Origin: Patescibacteria group bacterium
GTDB lineage: Bacteria > Omnitrophota > Gorgyraeia > Gygaellales > Profunditerraquicolaceae
Direction: 5' to 3'
Assembly (NCBI GenBank): GCA_035506195.1
Contig: DATJPV010000025.1
Span: forward strand, 22,494 to 86,493
DNA length: 64,000 nt
In this document: one piece after another, positions 1 to 9,430 of the stretch
Position numbering within the stretch: position 1 is the stretch's first letter
How the letters are laid out: each line of letters begins with the position of its first letter
Position numbers and translations under genes: made by a program
The notes under the pieces: model-generated
The model's input: only the letters and a program-made list of their open reading frames with translations
Databases searched by the model: none
Told to the model about the DNA's origin: nothing

Positions 1-847
1 ATTTCTTCTTTTTCCTGAATTGATAGCGGATGATTATCGCTACCAGGTTCATGCACAGCACCAGCACCAGCAATACCAATGCCGTGCCGTAACGCATCTT
101 CTCGTCCACATTAGGAACCTGAGTGGAGATCACATACAGGTGGTACGGCAAGGCCATGGCCTGGTCAAAAAGCGAATCGGGAAGCTGCGGCAGATAGAAA
201 GCCGCTACCGTGAATAAAATAGGCGCGGTCTCTCCGGCTGCCCTGCCTAACCCAAGGATCGTACCGGTCAATATCCCCGGGATGGCATTGGGCAAAACGA
301 TATTCCGGATGGTCTGCCATTTGCTGGCGCCTAACGAATAGCTTACTTCGCGGAAAGAATACGGCACGCTTTCCAAAGCCTCGCGCGAAGCCGTGATAAT
401 GATGGGCAGGATCATGATCCCCAAGGTAAGCGAACCGGATAAAATCGAAGCGCCGAATTTAAAAAAGACTACGAACAACGCAAGGCCGAAAAGCCCGTAG
501 ACCACCGAAGGCACGCCGGCCAGATTGACGATGGCCAGCTTAACCATGCGGTTCAGGAAGTTGTCCCGGGAATATTCGCTTAAGTAGATAGCCGCCAGCA
601 AGCCGATCGGCAGCGCAAAACTGATCGCACCCAAAACCAGGTATATCGTCCCGACGATGGCGGGAAAGATCCCTCCGCTGCGCATGCCCTGGCGCGGGAT
701 GTCCGTCAGGAACTGCCAGCTTATCGCAGGCAGGCCCTTTACGATAATAATAACCACGATCAAGCCTACCGGCACCGCGATCAAAAGGGTCGCCAGGAAC
801 AGGAAGGAAAACGCGATCTTTTGTGCCCTTCGGGGATTCTTCATTAT
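1..847 (-). CDS. pstA: phosphate ABC transporter permease PstA (C-terminal end runs off window start)
   Basis: Minus-strand frame starting at ATG 847 (MKNPRRAQKIAFSFLFLATLLIAV...). Multi-pass permease with an ABC EAA-like loop (LGRAAGETAPIL). No stop codon lies inside the window, so the ORF track omits it. It overlaps the pstC stop by 4 nt, and the gene order pstS-pstC-pstA matches the canonical operon. Confidence 0.8.
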   Translation of the reverse strand, partial: MMKNPRRAQKIAFSFLFLATLLIAVPVGLIVVIIIVKGLPAISWQFLTDIPRQGMRSGGIFPAIVGTIYLVLGAISFALPIGLLAAIYLSEYSRDNFLNRMVKLAIVNLAGVPSVVYGLFGLALFVVFFKFGASILSGSLTLGIMILPIIITASREALESVPYSFREVSYSLGASKWQTIRNIVLPNAIPGILTGTILGLGRAAGETAPILFTVAAFYLPQLPDSLFDQAMALPYHLYVISTQVPNVDEKMRYGTALVLLVLVLCMNLVAIIIRYQFRKKKK

Positions 848-1707
848 CTTTTCTTATGCAGGAACAGGTCCGCAGTTACGTTGATCGCAAAACTGATAAT
901 AAATAGAACTATGCCAACGGCAAAGAGCGCAAAGTAATGCTCGCTGCCTACCACCGCCTCGCCCATTTCCGCGGCAATGGTCGCGGTAAGCGTGCGCACC
1001 GGCTGCAGGATGCTATGCGGGATAACCGCGGCATTGCCGGTAATCATCATCACCGCCATGGTCTCTCCGATGACCCGGCCCAGCCCCAGCATCACTGCTG
1101 CCAGGATCCCGGATGAAGCCGCAGGCAGCATTACCCGCCAGATCGCCTGCCAATGCGTAGCGCCCAGGGCCAGGGCGCCTTCCTTATAGGTCTTCGGTAT
1201 GGAATACAAGGCATCTTCGGCAATGGAAACTATCGTAGGCATGGCCATGAAGGCAAGCATGATCGAACCGGATAAAGCGGTAAGCCCGGTAGGCAGCCTG
1301 AAAACGGTCTTTACCAAAGGTACCAGGGTTACCATGCCGATAAAACCCAGCACGACGCTGGGTATCGCGGCCAGCAGTTCAATGCTTGCCTTGAGTATTT
1401 CCTTGGTTTTTGCGGGAGCCACTTCGGCGATGTAGATCGCACAGGCTACTCCGATGGGGATCGAGATAAGCGCGGCACCCAGAGTCACCAGGACCGACCC
1501 CAGGATCAAAGGCAGGATCCCCAACTGCGCCGGCTCGGAAATGGGATACCAGCTTTTGCCGAAAAGGAACTGAGACGGGGTGACCGTGCCGAATAACGCC
1601 AGGCCTTCTTTGAGCAGGAACAGGAAGATGAGGATAACGAAGAAGATCGAAGCCAAACCGCAGACGAGGATCAGCTTCTCGATAATGAATTCTTTAAGCT
1701 TGCGCAT
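844..1707 (-). CDS. pstC: phosphate ABC transporter permease PstC
   Basis: 287-aa ORF with 6 TM segments and a conserved ABC permease loop (LGRVIGETMAVMMITGN). It lies between pstS and pstA with overlapping stop/start codons. Confidence 0.9.
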   Translation of the reverse strand: MRKLKEFIIEKLILVCGLASIFFVILIFLFLLKEGLALFGTVTPSQFLFGKSWYPISEPAQLGILPLILGSVLVTLGAALISIPIGVACAIYIAEVAPAKTKEILKASIELLAAIPSVVLGFIGMVTLVPLVKTVFRLPTGLTALSGSIMLAFMAMPTIVSIAEDALYSIPKTYKEGALALGATHWQAIWRVMLPAASSGILAAVMLGLGRVIGETMAVMMITGNAAVIPHSILQPVRTLTATIAAEMGEAVVGSEHYFALFAVGIVLFIISFAINVTADLFLHKKR

Positions 1708-2561
1708 TACTTGGCAATAGGCACAAAGTCGGTTTTCAACACGATATCCTGCCCTTCGCGGGAAAGCACGAAATCTACCAGTTTCTTCACCAGGCCTTGC
1801 GGCTGGCCGTTGGTATACAGGAACAAAGGCCTGGATATCGGATACTTCCCGTTGACCACATTCTCTATGGTCGGGGCTTCGTATTCCGATTTTTCGTCTT
1901 TTGCTACCAGGATGGCTTTCTGCTTAGGAGAGATATACCCCATTCCGTAATAACCGACGGCGGCGGTATTGCCGGCGACCTCATCGGCAATAGCCTGGGA
2001 AGAAGACAGCATAAGGGCAGAGGCGGCGAATTCCTCCTTTGAATTCGGGTCGTTCTTCCTTAAGATGTGCTCTTTGAAATAGACGTGCGTGCCGGAATTG
2101 ACCTCGCGGGAAAGGATGACGATCTTTTTATCCTCTCCCCCCAGCTCTTTCCAATTAACGACCCTGCCGGTGAAGATCTGTGCAAGCTGTTCCGTGGTCA
2201 ATTTACTTACCGGATTTTTCGGATTGACCACGACAGCCAGGCCGTCAAGGGCAACCTTGACCTCGTAGGGATTAACCCCCTTACCCTTCGCCAGGGCGAT
2301 CTCTTTCTCCTTGATGTTGCGCGAGCTCATGGCTATATCGCAGGTGCCGCTGATAAGGCTGGAAAGGCCCGTACCCGAGCCTCCCCCCGTAACTGCGACA
2401 AATTCCCCGGGATTGGCCGCCATATACTTTTCTGCCCAGGCCTGGCCTAGATTCACCATGGTATCTGAGCCTTTTATTTGTATGGAATTCTTTCCTCCCG
2501 AAGCGTACGCAAAAGATGAAACCGTCAGCACCGCCACGATTAACGCTATTGTTCTACGCAT
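1707..2561 (-). CDS. pstS: phosphate ABC transporter substrate-binding protein PstS
   Basis: ORF 1707..2630. The likely true start is the internal Met at 2561 (MRRTIALIVAVLTVSSFAYA signal peptide). A periplasmic binding-protein type-2 fold follows (VAVTGGGSGTG...SREVNSGT). Confidence 0.85.
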   Translation of the reverse strand: MRRTIALIVAVLTVSSFAYASGGKNSIQIKGSDTMVNLGQAWAEKYMAANPGEFVAVTGGGSGTGLSSLISGTCDIAMSSRNIKEKEIALAKGKGVNPYEVKVALDGLAVVVNPKNPVSKLTTEQLAQIFTGRVVNWKELGGEDKKIVILSREVNSGTHVYFKEHILRKNDPNSKEEFAASALMLSSSQAIADEVAGNTAAVGYYGMGYISPKQKAILVAKDEKSEYEAPTIENVVNGKYPISRPLFLYTNGQPQGLVKKLVDFVLSREGQDIVLKTDFVPIAK

Positions 2562-2602
2562 AATGCCTCCTTTAACTAACGGTAATTTTTTGTGGGAAGG
2601 AA

Positions 2603-3859
2603 TTAAAACCTGCGCTGCCGGTGGCGCCATTGTCTGGGGCCGGCCTTTGCCTGCTTATGCGCAGGCGCCTTCTCTAGCGGCGAGAACTGCTCCAGGGAGA
2701 TCCCCGGATGCCTGGCAATCGGCAAAGAAACCCGGATGACCTTTTCGATATCCCGGACATCGCGGCTCTGATCAGGGGTCGCAAAAGAGACCGCATGCCC
2801 GCCTGCCCCGGCCCGCGCGGTGCGGCCGATACGGTGCACATAGTTTTGCGCATCGTCGGGAAGGTCGTAATTGATGACCAGCTCGATCCCGGTGACATCG
2901 ATACCCCTGGCGGCGATATCGGTGGCGACTAATACCTTGTATTTGCCGGATTTGAAACCGTCGAGCGCTTCGCGGCGTTGAGGCAGGGAACGGTTGGAAT
3001 GTATCTCGGCGGCGCTGTAACCCATATCCCTGATCGACCGCGCGATCTTACGCGCGCTATGCTTGGTGCGGGAAAACAAAAGCACCGCTCCCCGGTACTG
3101 CGCAAGCAGCCTGCTCAAGAGCTTGTCCTTGGCGTCTTTTTTGACGATGAACAGCTCCTGGGTAACGCGCTCCGCCATGGTCCCGGAAGGGGCGATCTCC
3201 ACGGACACGGGCAGCTTCATATGCTTGGCGGCTATGGCCATAACCTCTTTGGGAATGGTCGCGGAGAACAACATCGTCTGCCTTTCCTTCGGCAGGAAAC
3301 GCAGGATCTTGTCGACCTGAGGAGCAAACCCCATATCCAGCATGCGGTCTGCTTCGTCAAGCACCAGCATCACCACCTCATCCGGTATGACGTTCCACTG
3401 CCCCATGTGGTCAAGGAGCCTGCCGGGAGTAGCGATCAGGATGCGGGGACTCCTGCGTAACGCCTCTACCTGATCCTCCATCGGAGCCCCGCCGATAAGG
3501 CAGGCCGTCCTCATCCCGAAGGAGTGCGCAATCCCCTGAAAAGCCTCGTCGATCTGGATGGCTAATTCACGGGTAGGCGCAAGAACCAGCCCTGTGCCCT
3601 TTTTCTGCGCCAACAGCTGCACCATCGGGATAGCAAACGAATGGGTCTTGCCGGTGCCGGTCTGCGCGATACCGATAATGTCTTTGCCCTGAATTGCCAG
3701 GGGGATCGCTTTGAACTGGATCGGGGTCGGCACTTTGAACTTGATACGTTCAAGTATATCGAGGATCTTCGGCGCAATCCCCAGGCCGTAGAAGCTCGGC
3801 GCGGAATGATTGGCCTCGTGCGGGAATAAAGGTGCGTTGGTTGTCTTGTGTGTCATCAT
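2603..3859 (-). CDS. DEAD-box ATP-dependent RNA helicase
   Basis: Q motif PTPIQ, Walker A AQTGTGKT, DEAD box (VLDEADRML), SAT, HRIGRTARAG, and an Arg-rich C-terminal tail. The start is probably MMTHKTT at 3859 rather than the ORF start at 3904, which would overlap the upstream terminator hairpin. Confidence 0.9.
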   Translation of the reverse strand: MMTHKTTNAPLFPHEANHSAPSFYGLGIAPKILDILERIKFKVPTPIQFKAIPLAIQGKDIIGIAQTGTGKTHSFAIPMVQLLAQKKGTGLVLAPTRELAIQIDEAFQGIAHSFGMRTACLIGGAPMEDQVEALRRSPRILIATPGRLLDHMGQWNVIPDEVVMLVLDEADRMLDMGFAPQVDKILRFLPKERQTMLFSATIPKEVMAIAAKHMKLPVSVEIAPSGTMAERVTQELFIVKKDAKDKLLSRLLAQYRGAVLLFSRTKHSARKIARSIRDMGYSAAEIHSNRSLPQRREALDGFKSGKYKVLVATDIAARGIDVTGIELVINYDLPDDAQNYVHRIGRTARAGAGGHAVSFATPDQSRDVRDIEKVIRVSLPIARHPGISLEQFSPLEKAPAHKQAKAGPRQWRHRQRRF

Positions 3860-3888
3860 AATTATCTTTGCGGGTGGTGCATAAAAAA

Positions 3889-3925
3889 CCGTAAAGGTTA
3901 GCAACCCTACCTTTACGGCCCAGAT
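3889..3925 (-). terminator. rho-independent terminator-like hairpin downstream of the radical SAM gene
   Basis: On the minus strand: a 10-bp perfect stem CCGTAAAGGT / ACCTTTACGG with a 10-nt loop, followed by TTTTTTAT. Confidence 0.5.
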
Positions 3926-3990
3926 TCTCTAATCTTTACTATTTGAGTATAGCATCTTTTTCGATTTTGGCAATAGAATTCCTTAAGGAA

Positions 3991-5115
3991 TTAGAACGTT
4001 ACGTAGCGTTCGGCTTTCTCAAGCAGGCGGACCTGCTTTCCCAGGACATCGAGAGACCGGATCTTTGTCCCGTTCAGGCGGAATGCGAGTATCCGTTCAA
4101 CCATTACCTGGCCTAGACCGGGAACGCGCAGCAGGCGCCAGGCGTCATCTTTATTGATGTCCACCGGAAAAAAGTCGGGATGCAATAATGCCCAGAGCTC
4201 TTTCGGGTCAGTGGCGATAGAGAGGTTCCCCTGAGGGTCAAGAGGGATCTCCTCGGCTTTAAAACCGTATTTGCGAATGAGCCAATCCGCCTGATACAGC
4301 CGGTGCTCGCGCGTCAAAAGCTCGCCGTTAGTCAGCCGCGAGCGTTCTCCGGGCAACTGGGGGGAACCTGCGCCGCGCTGGTAGGCGCTGAAATATACGC
4401 GGTTCAAGCCCAGCTCTTTATACAGTTTCCAGGAACAATCGATGATCTCTTTGTCCGTCTCTTGGGCGGCGCCGACCACGAACTGCGTAGTGTGCTTAAT
4501 CCCGCGGTAATCGGAACCTTTTGCGGTAAGGCGGCTGATCAGTTGTATCGGCCTTAGGATATCGCGAAGATAGTTTTTGGTGGTGCTCAGATACTTGAAG
4601 TTTTTTTCTCCGGCAGTTTCGATGTTCAGGGACACCGCGCTTGCCAAGGCAAGGCTCTGCCGGATGGCGGCATCGGATGCGCCGGGAATGATCTTCAAAT
4701 GGATGTAGCCTCTGAAGTGTGCCCTGCGTAAGCCAAGCGCCACGCGGTTAATGCGCTCCATGGTGTCATCGGGATTACGCATGACGGCGCTGCTTAAGAA
4801 AAGGCCGCTTACTCTGCGGGCTTTATAATAGGCAAGGAAAACCTTGGCCAGTTCCTCCGGCGTAAGCGTACAGCGGCTGGCAGCGAAACCGGTCCTGAGC
4901 GGACAGTATGCGCAGTTATTGACGCACTCGTTGGACAAAAGCGTCTTAAAAAGGAACGTGGTGCCGCCGTTAGGCAGGACGACAGGGTATATCCATTTGT
5001 CTTGCGGGGAGCGCCGGCGGTGCTCATCGTCTCTTGTGGCGCAGGCGCAGGCAAGGTCATACCGAGAATCCTGCGACAGGATAGCAAGCTTTGCGGCGAT
5101 ATCGGGATTTTTCAC
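3991..5115 (-). CDS. radical SAM protein, putative DNA modification/repair family with C-terminal helix-hairpin-helix
   Basis: CxxxCxxC cluster motif (CVNNCAYC) in the N-terminal half. The C-terminal segment LLRVPGLGQVMVERILAFR is a typical HhH GLG motif. The overall layout matches the family that is usually paired with a family-4 uracil-DNA-glycosylase-like gene, which is absent here. Confidence 0.65.
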   Translation of the reverse strand: MKNPDIAAKLAILSQDSRYDLACACATRDDEHRRRSPQDKWIYPVVLPNGGTTFLFKTLLSNECVNNCAYCPLRTGFAASRCTLTPEELAKVFLAYYKARRVSGLFLSSAVMRNPDDTMERINRVALGLRRAHFRGYIHLKIIPGASDAAIRQSLALASAVSLNIETAGEKNFKYLSTTKNYLRDILRPIQLISRLTAKGSDYRGIKHTTQFVVGAAQETDKEIIDCSWKLYKELGLNRVYFSAYQRGAGSPQLPGERSRLTNGELLTREHRLYQADWLIRKYGFKAEEIPLDPQGNLSIATDPKELWALLHPDFFPVDINKDDAWRLLRVPGLGQVMVERILAFRLNGTKIRSLDVLGKQVRLLEKAERYVTF

Positions 5116-5116
5116 G

Positions 5117-6958
5117 CTAGAATTCTGCCTTCAGCCCTCCGGTAAAAGAGAAGCCCGGCATGGGGTAATCCTGAATGACATTATACTTCTTCGCCAAAAG
5201 GTTGTCTACTGCCGCAAAATACGTAATCCCGGATTTACATTTTTTTGACACATTGAAGCCAACCGTATAGAACCTTTTTACTTCGATGGTATTGGCGGCG
5301 TCGTGGAATCTGGTGCCCGTGAATTGCCCTTTAAGCTCACAGGCAAGGCCGCGCGGGTCTCTGTATTTCAAGGAACAGTCGGCCTTATGCCTGGGCTGAT
5401 AAATAAGATACTTATGCGTATCCGCATCTTTTGCGTTCAGGTAGGTATAGCCCGTATCCAGGCTCCATCTGTCCGCGATTTTTATCTTGTTCTCAAGCTC
5501 TATCCCGTCTATCACCGCGGAGTTGACGTTCATCGGCTGCCACACCCCGGCCTCTTCTGCCCAATTGATAAGATTGTCGTAATCGCTGCGGTAATACGTC
5601 AATCCGAAACCGAAGCGCTTGTGCGGGGCGACCTGAACGCCTATCTCTTTGGTTACGCCTTTCTCGGGCTTTAAGAGGGGGTTTCCTTTGGCCCAGCCTT
5701 CATCCGGCCAGTAAAGGTCGTTGAAAGTGGGCGCGCGGAAAGAACGGCTGATAGAACCGCGCAGCTTCAGGGCGTCGCCGGCGGAATACAGAAAATTAAA
5801 AGAGGGGTTGATCTCGGCGCCGAGGTTCGAATAATCATCGAGCCTGGCGCCAAAATTCAACTTAAGCGAGCCGAACAGGTCGATCTTATTCTCCAGGTAA
5901 CCCGCACGGACGGTATAGTGGTGCTTCGCCGATGAGGTGCTGTCGTTGAAATTGCCGACATAGTTGAACCCGCATATCCCCTGGTAGCTTTCCGAAAACC
6001 GCCTGCTGAACTGCGCGTCATAGCCCCGCACGACAGTGATATGGACGTCTTTTTTGCCGGCAACGTCAAAGATAGACCCCGCGGTATTCTCGTCGAATTC
6101 CAGGCGATCGTAATTCTGGTATGCCTTGATCGAGGCGGCCGTGGCGTCATCGGGCCTGAAACCCCAGCTTGCGTCGATAAACTTTTTTGTGTTCTTCTGC
6201 GTATCGTCGAAATCCGGAGAAACAATGCTGCCGGGAGAACCCAGCCTGCTGCGGTAAAACCCGGAATTTAAAGTTATGTCGTTGGAGTCGTTGAATTTAT
6301 AGGTAAGCTTGGTATTGGCATCCTTGGCTTCGAGCTTCGTATTCGCACGGAAACCGGCGGAACTTTGATAGCCGCTGGTGACCAGATAACCGAATCCGGA
6401 TACCCTGGCGCCGTGCGAGAGCCGTTCGGTGTACGTCCGGAAGGTGCCGAAACTGGAGTAGAGCTCGGTTTTCTGTTTTTCCCCGGGCGGATTCCTCGTA
6501 ATGATATTCACCGTCCCGCCCATAGGGCCTGACCCGTAGAGGCTTGAGCCGGGCCCGTGCACGATCTCGACCCTCTCGATATTGTCTAACGGGATGGCGC
6601 TCAGATCCGCCTGGCCGTCGCGGGGGCTATTGATCGGCCTGCCGTCCACTAAAACCAGCACCTGGCTGGAAGTTGAGCCGCGCATCCTGACCGTTTTGGA
6701 CGCGCCCAGGCCGCCGTAATCGCTTACGTTGACGGAGGTAAAATCGGTCAAGAGCCCGGAGAGGTCCTGTGCCTGGCTCCTTTCAATGTCTCTTCTGGTG
6801 ACCACGTCGACATTCCGGGCGACGCCGGAGCTGTCTTCTTCCACGCGGGAAGCGGTAATGACAATCCGGTCCAATTCAACGTCCTGCGCAGAGACGCTCG
6901 ACCAGACGGCCAACGCCAATGCTGCCGGAAGGAATAGTTTTCCGATAGGTGCCTTCAT
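5117..6958 (-). CDS. btuB: TonB-dependent outer-membrane receptor, BtuB-like corrinoid importer
   Basis: ORF 5117..7096. The real start is probably Met at 6958 (signal peptide MKAPIGKLFLPAALALAVWSSVSAQD). TonB box DRIVITAS, a plug domain, a long beta-barrel and a terminal aromatic residue (F). It is the last gene of the riboswitch-led B12 operon. Its ATG overlaps the stop of the upstream gene (ATGA). Confidence 0.8.
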   Translation of the reverse strand: MKAPIGKLFLPAALALAVWSSVSAQDVELDRIVITASRVEEDSSGVARNVDVVTRRDIERSQAQDLSGLLTDFTSVNVSDYGGLGASKTVRMRGSTSSQVLVLVDGRPINSPRDGQADLSAIPLDNIERVEIVHGPGSSLYGSGPMGGTVNIITRNPPGEKQKTELYSSFGTFRTYTERLSHGARVSGFGYLVTSGYQSSAGFRANTKLEAKDANTKLTYKFNDSNDITLNSGFYRSRLGSPGSIVSPDFDDTQKNTKKFIDASWGFRPDDATAASIKAYQNYDRLEFDENTAGSIFDVAGKKDVHITVVRGYDAQFSRRFSESYQGICGFNYVGNFNDSTSSAKHHYTVRAGYLENKIDLFGSLKLNFGARLDDYSNLGAEINPSFNFLYSAGDALKLRGSISRSFRAPTFNDLYWPDEGWAKGNPLLKPEKGVTKEIGVQVAPHKRFGFGLTYYRSDYDNLINWAEEAGVWQPMNVNSAVIDGIELENKIKIADRWSLDTGYTYLNAKDADTHKYLIYQPRHKADCSLKYRDPRGLACELKGQFTGTRFHDAANTIEVKRFYTVGFNVSKKCKSGITYFAAVDNLLAKKYNVIQDYPMPGFSFTGGLKAEF

Positions 6959-7629
6959 GCGTACCTTTTGATATCCAAAAACCAGTGCTTCCAGAAACTT
7001 TCCTTGATGACGGCCTCGGCCTCGATTATTTCGATCGGCTTCCTGAATATCGGGCCGTCGACCACCAGGGTATGAAACTCCCCTTTCTCTCCGCACGGGC
7101 AGATGCCCCTTTGCTTAAGTTCTCTGACCAGGTCCCTGTCTACGGTCCGGCCGAGGAACTCTTTGCCCATGATGTCTGCCTTGCAACTGACGATAACCGC
7201 CTTGAACCCAAGGCTGACGAATTCATCAATGATCTTCTCCGGAAGGTTATTCCAGAGCGGCTCCAGGGCATGGATCTTAAGGTCCCCGCAGACGCGCTCG
7301 ATCCAGCTTTCGTGTTCCGCAAGATAGATGTCCCCAAAGACCATCGTACCGATACCCCTGCCCCTGAACTCGGTGACCGCAGCTTTGAACTCCTCTTCGT
7401 ATTTCTCCATATCGGAGCTGACTTCCTTTTGCACCAACGGTATGCCGATCAGGTCCGCCTGGAATTTCAGGAGCCTGCCTTCAAGGCCGTGAAAACATCC
7501 TCGCCTCGATTCCCGGGAAATGAAATTCAGAAGGTATTTTACGTCATACCCCTGCTGCCTTGCCTTATAACAAGCCAGGCAGCTGTCCTTACCGCCGCTC
7601 CAGGAAGATATTGCCGCCGAATTATCCAT
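6955..7629 (-). CDS. DUF71/COG2102 PP-loop ATP pyrophosphatase (diphthine-ammonia-ligase-like), B12-operon-embedded
   Basis: N-terminal PP-loop SWSGGKDS. The whole 224-aa protein matches the MJ0570/Dph6 N-domain (adenine nucleotide alpha-hydrolase). It is flanked by cobS and btuB with overlapping codons. Confidence 0.7.
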   Translation of the reverse strand: MDNSAAISSWSGGKDSCLACYKARQQGYDVKYLLNFISRESRRGCFHGLEGRLLKFQADLIGIPLVQKEVSSDMEKYEEEFKAAVTEFRGRGIGTMVFGDIYLAEHESWIERVCGDLKIHALEPLWNNLPEKIIDEFVSLGFKAVIVSCKADIMGKEFLGRTVDRDLVRELKQRGICPCGEKGEFHTLVVDGPIFRKPIEIIEAEAVIKESFWKHWFLDIKRYA

Positions 7630-7641
7630 CGTTGTCCTTTT

Positions 7642-8394
7642 TTAGCCGAGGCAGACCATACAGAGAGCCAGGGTTTCCGTTAATTCAATGACCGCCCCCA
7701 GGGTATCTCCGGTTATCCCGCCGATCCTGTTGGCGATAAACCTGCCGCTTGCACAGGTAAAGCCGGCGATGACCGTAAAGGCAAGCAAGCCTTTTAAGCC
7801 CCAGGCGGCAACCGAGAATATGAGCGCTGTGAAAGAAGCAAACAGGACGATCCCCGGTTCCATGCCCTCCATAAAAACTTTGGCTTTGCCCTCTTGACGG
7901 GCGTAGGGAAACAAAAACATCGCCAAAACCGCAGACCAGCGGCTTAAGACGCAGGAAAGAAGCAGGCCGGTCGTCCTTGCGGGCGCAAGACCCAGGCCGA
8001 CAAGCAAGCTCACCTTCAATAGCATCAGGCTTATCAGGCTTACGACGCCCATTACGCCGACGTGAGGATCCCGCATGATCTTAAGCATTTCCTCTTTTGG
8101 CCTCGCGCTCAAAAAGGCGTCGGCAGTATCCGCAAGGCCGTCTAAGTGCATCCCCCCGGTGATACCGACCCAAGCAACTACCAGAATGACGCCGGATGCC
8201 AGCGCAGGGAAATTCAACATCCCAAGCAGCGCCCCTATCCCGGCCAAGGCCAGGCCCAGCAACAACCCCACGAAAGGAAAGTATGCCGCAGCGCCCGCCA
8301 GATGCTTTTCGTCCGCCTCTTTCATGCCAAGCGGCACAATGGTCAAGAACTGCAGGCTCAATAAGAAGCTACTCATTTTTCTTCTCCGAAACAT
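7642..8394 (-). CDS. cobS: adenosylcobinamide-GDP ribazoletransferase (cobalamin-5'-phosphate synthase)
   Basis: 250-aa polytopic membrane protein with conserved CobS blocks (FLTIVPLG, GGMHLDGLADTADA, GGITGDTLGA). The start could be M at 8394 or MSSFLL at 8376. Confidence 0.85.
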   Translation of the reverse strand: MFRRRKMSSFLLSLQFLTIVPLGMKEADEKHLAGAAAYFPFVGLLLGLALAGIGALLGMLNFPALASGVILVVAWVGITGGMHLDGLADTADAFLSARPKEEMLKIMRDPHVGVMGVVSLISLMLLKVSLLVGLGLAPARTTGLLLSCVLSRWSAVLAMFLFPYARQEGKAKVFMEGMEPGIVLFASFTALIFSVAAWGLKGLLAFTVIAGFTCASGRFIANRIGGITGDTLGAVIELTETLALCMVCLG

Positions 8395-9430
8395 TGGCGC
8401 TTTGAAAGGTTGCCATCTGCGTCAGGATCTTAACCGCCGCATCGGCCAGCCCCATTGCCAATGCCGCGCCCGTGCCTTCGCCAAGCCTCAACTGCAGGTT
8501 CAAGAGGGGTTTCAATCCGATGTGCGCCAAAATATGCGCATGGCCTCCTTCGACCGACTCATGCGCGGCGATCATGTAATTTTTTACTTTCGGCTCGATC
8601 CGGTATGCCGTCAATGCCGCAGCCGAAGAGATGAACCCGTCAACGACTACGGGGACTTTTCTTGCGGCGGCAGCCAGGATGATACCGGCCAGGCCCGCGA
8701 TCTCGAATCCGCCTACTTTTGACAAGACATCAATCGGGTCAGAGGCATCGGGCCTGTTCACCAGAAGCGCCTTTTTAAGCACTTCAATCTTGCGCGCCAG
8801 CCCCTTATCATCGAGGCCGGCGCCCCGGCCGGTGATGTCTTCAAGGGGCCTTCCGGTAAAGCAGGCGGTAATGGCGCTGGCGGAGGTCGTATTGCCTATG
8901 CCCATCTCGCCCGTGCCGATAATATCTGCGCCGCGGCGCAATTCCCGCTCGAATACCTCGCAGCCGGCACAGACCGCGCTGACTGCCTCCTGCCTGGTCA
9001 TAGCCGGTCCCGCAGCCATATTTTTGGTGCCGTAGGCGATCTTCTTGACGGTAAGCCGAGGGTCGGGCTTGAGGTCACAGGCAACACCCATATCGACTAT
9101 CGCAACCCGGGCGCCTACATGCTGCGCCAGGACGTTTATACCGGCGCCTCCCGCAAGAAAATTGTAAACCATCTGGGCGGTTACTTCCTGAGGATAGGCG
9201 CTTACCCCTTCCGCGGTTACTCCGTGGTCGGCGGCCAGCGTAAAGATCACTTTATTGCCCAGGGCAGGGCTTTCTTTCCCGGTGATCCCGCAGACCTGCG
9301 CGGCAAGCTCCTCAAGCCTGCCCAAGCTTCCTAAAGGCTTGGTCAGGTTATCCAGCCTCCTGCGGGTCTTTTTGATAAGCTCGGTATCGAGTTCGGAAAT
9401 CTCCTGCGTCACTTTTTTTATTCTTTCCAT
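8369..9430 (-). CDS. cobT: nicotinate-nucleotide--dimethylbenzimidazole phosphoribosyltransferase
   Basis: 353 aa with the CobT signature (GEMGIGNTTSASAI, LGEGTGAALA). Confidence 0.9.
   Translation of the reverse strand: MERIKKVTQEISELDTELIKKTRRRLDNLTKPLGSLGRLEELAAQVCGITGKESPALGNKVIFTLAADHGVTAEGVSAYPQEVTAQMVYNFLAGGAGINVLAQHVGARVAIVDMGVACDLKPDPRLTVKKIAYGTKNMAAGPAMTRQEAVSAVCAGCEVFERELRRGADIIGTGEMGIGNTTSASAITACFTGRPLEDITGRGAGLDDKGLARKIEVLKKALLVNRPDASDPIDVLSKVGGFEIAGLAGIILAAAARKVPVVVDGFISSAAALTAYRIEPKVKNYMIAAHESVEGGHAHILAHIGLKPLLNLQLRLGEGTGAALAMGLADAAVKILTQMATFQSANVSEKKNE

Noticed and set aside
5117-7096. N-terminal extensions of several minus-strand ORFs (btuB to 7096, TMTC-like to 24592, MrpA-like to 58459, ligase to 20638, large subunit to 52916)
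   Set aside because: The extensions overlap upstream genes and contain no signal peptide or conserved sequence. Internal Met codons that create ATGA-type coupling with the upstream stop are far more plausible starts.
6949-7683. 244-aa plus-strand ORF
   Set aside because: It is antisense to the DUF71 PP-loop gene, whose SGGKDS motif and operon context are convincing. There are no motifs on the plus frame.
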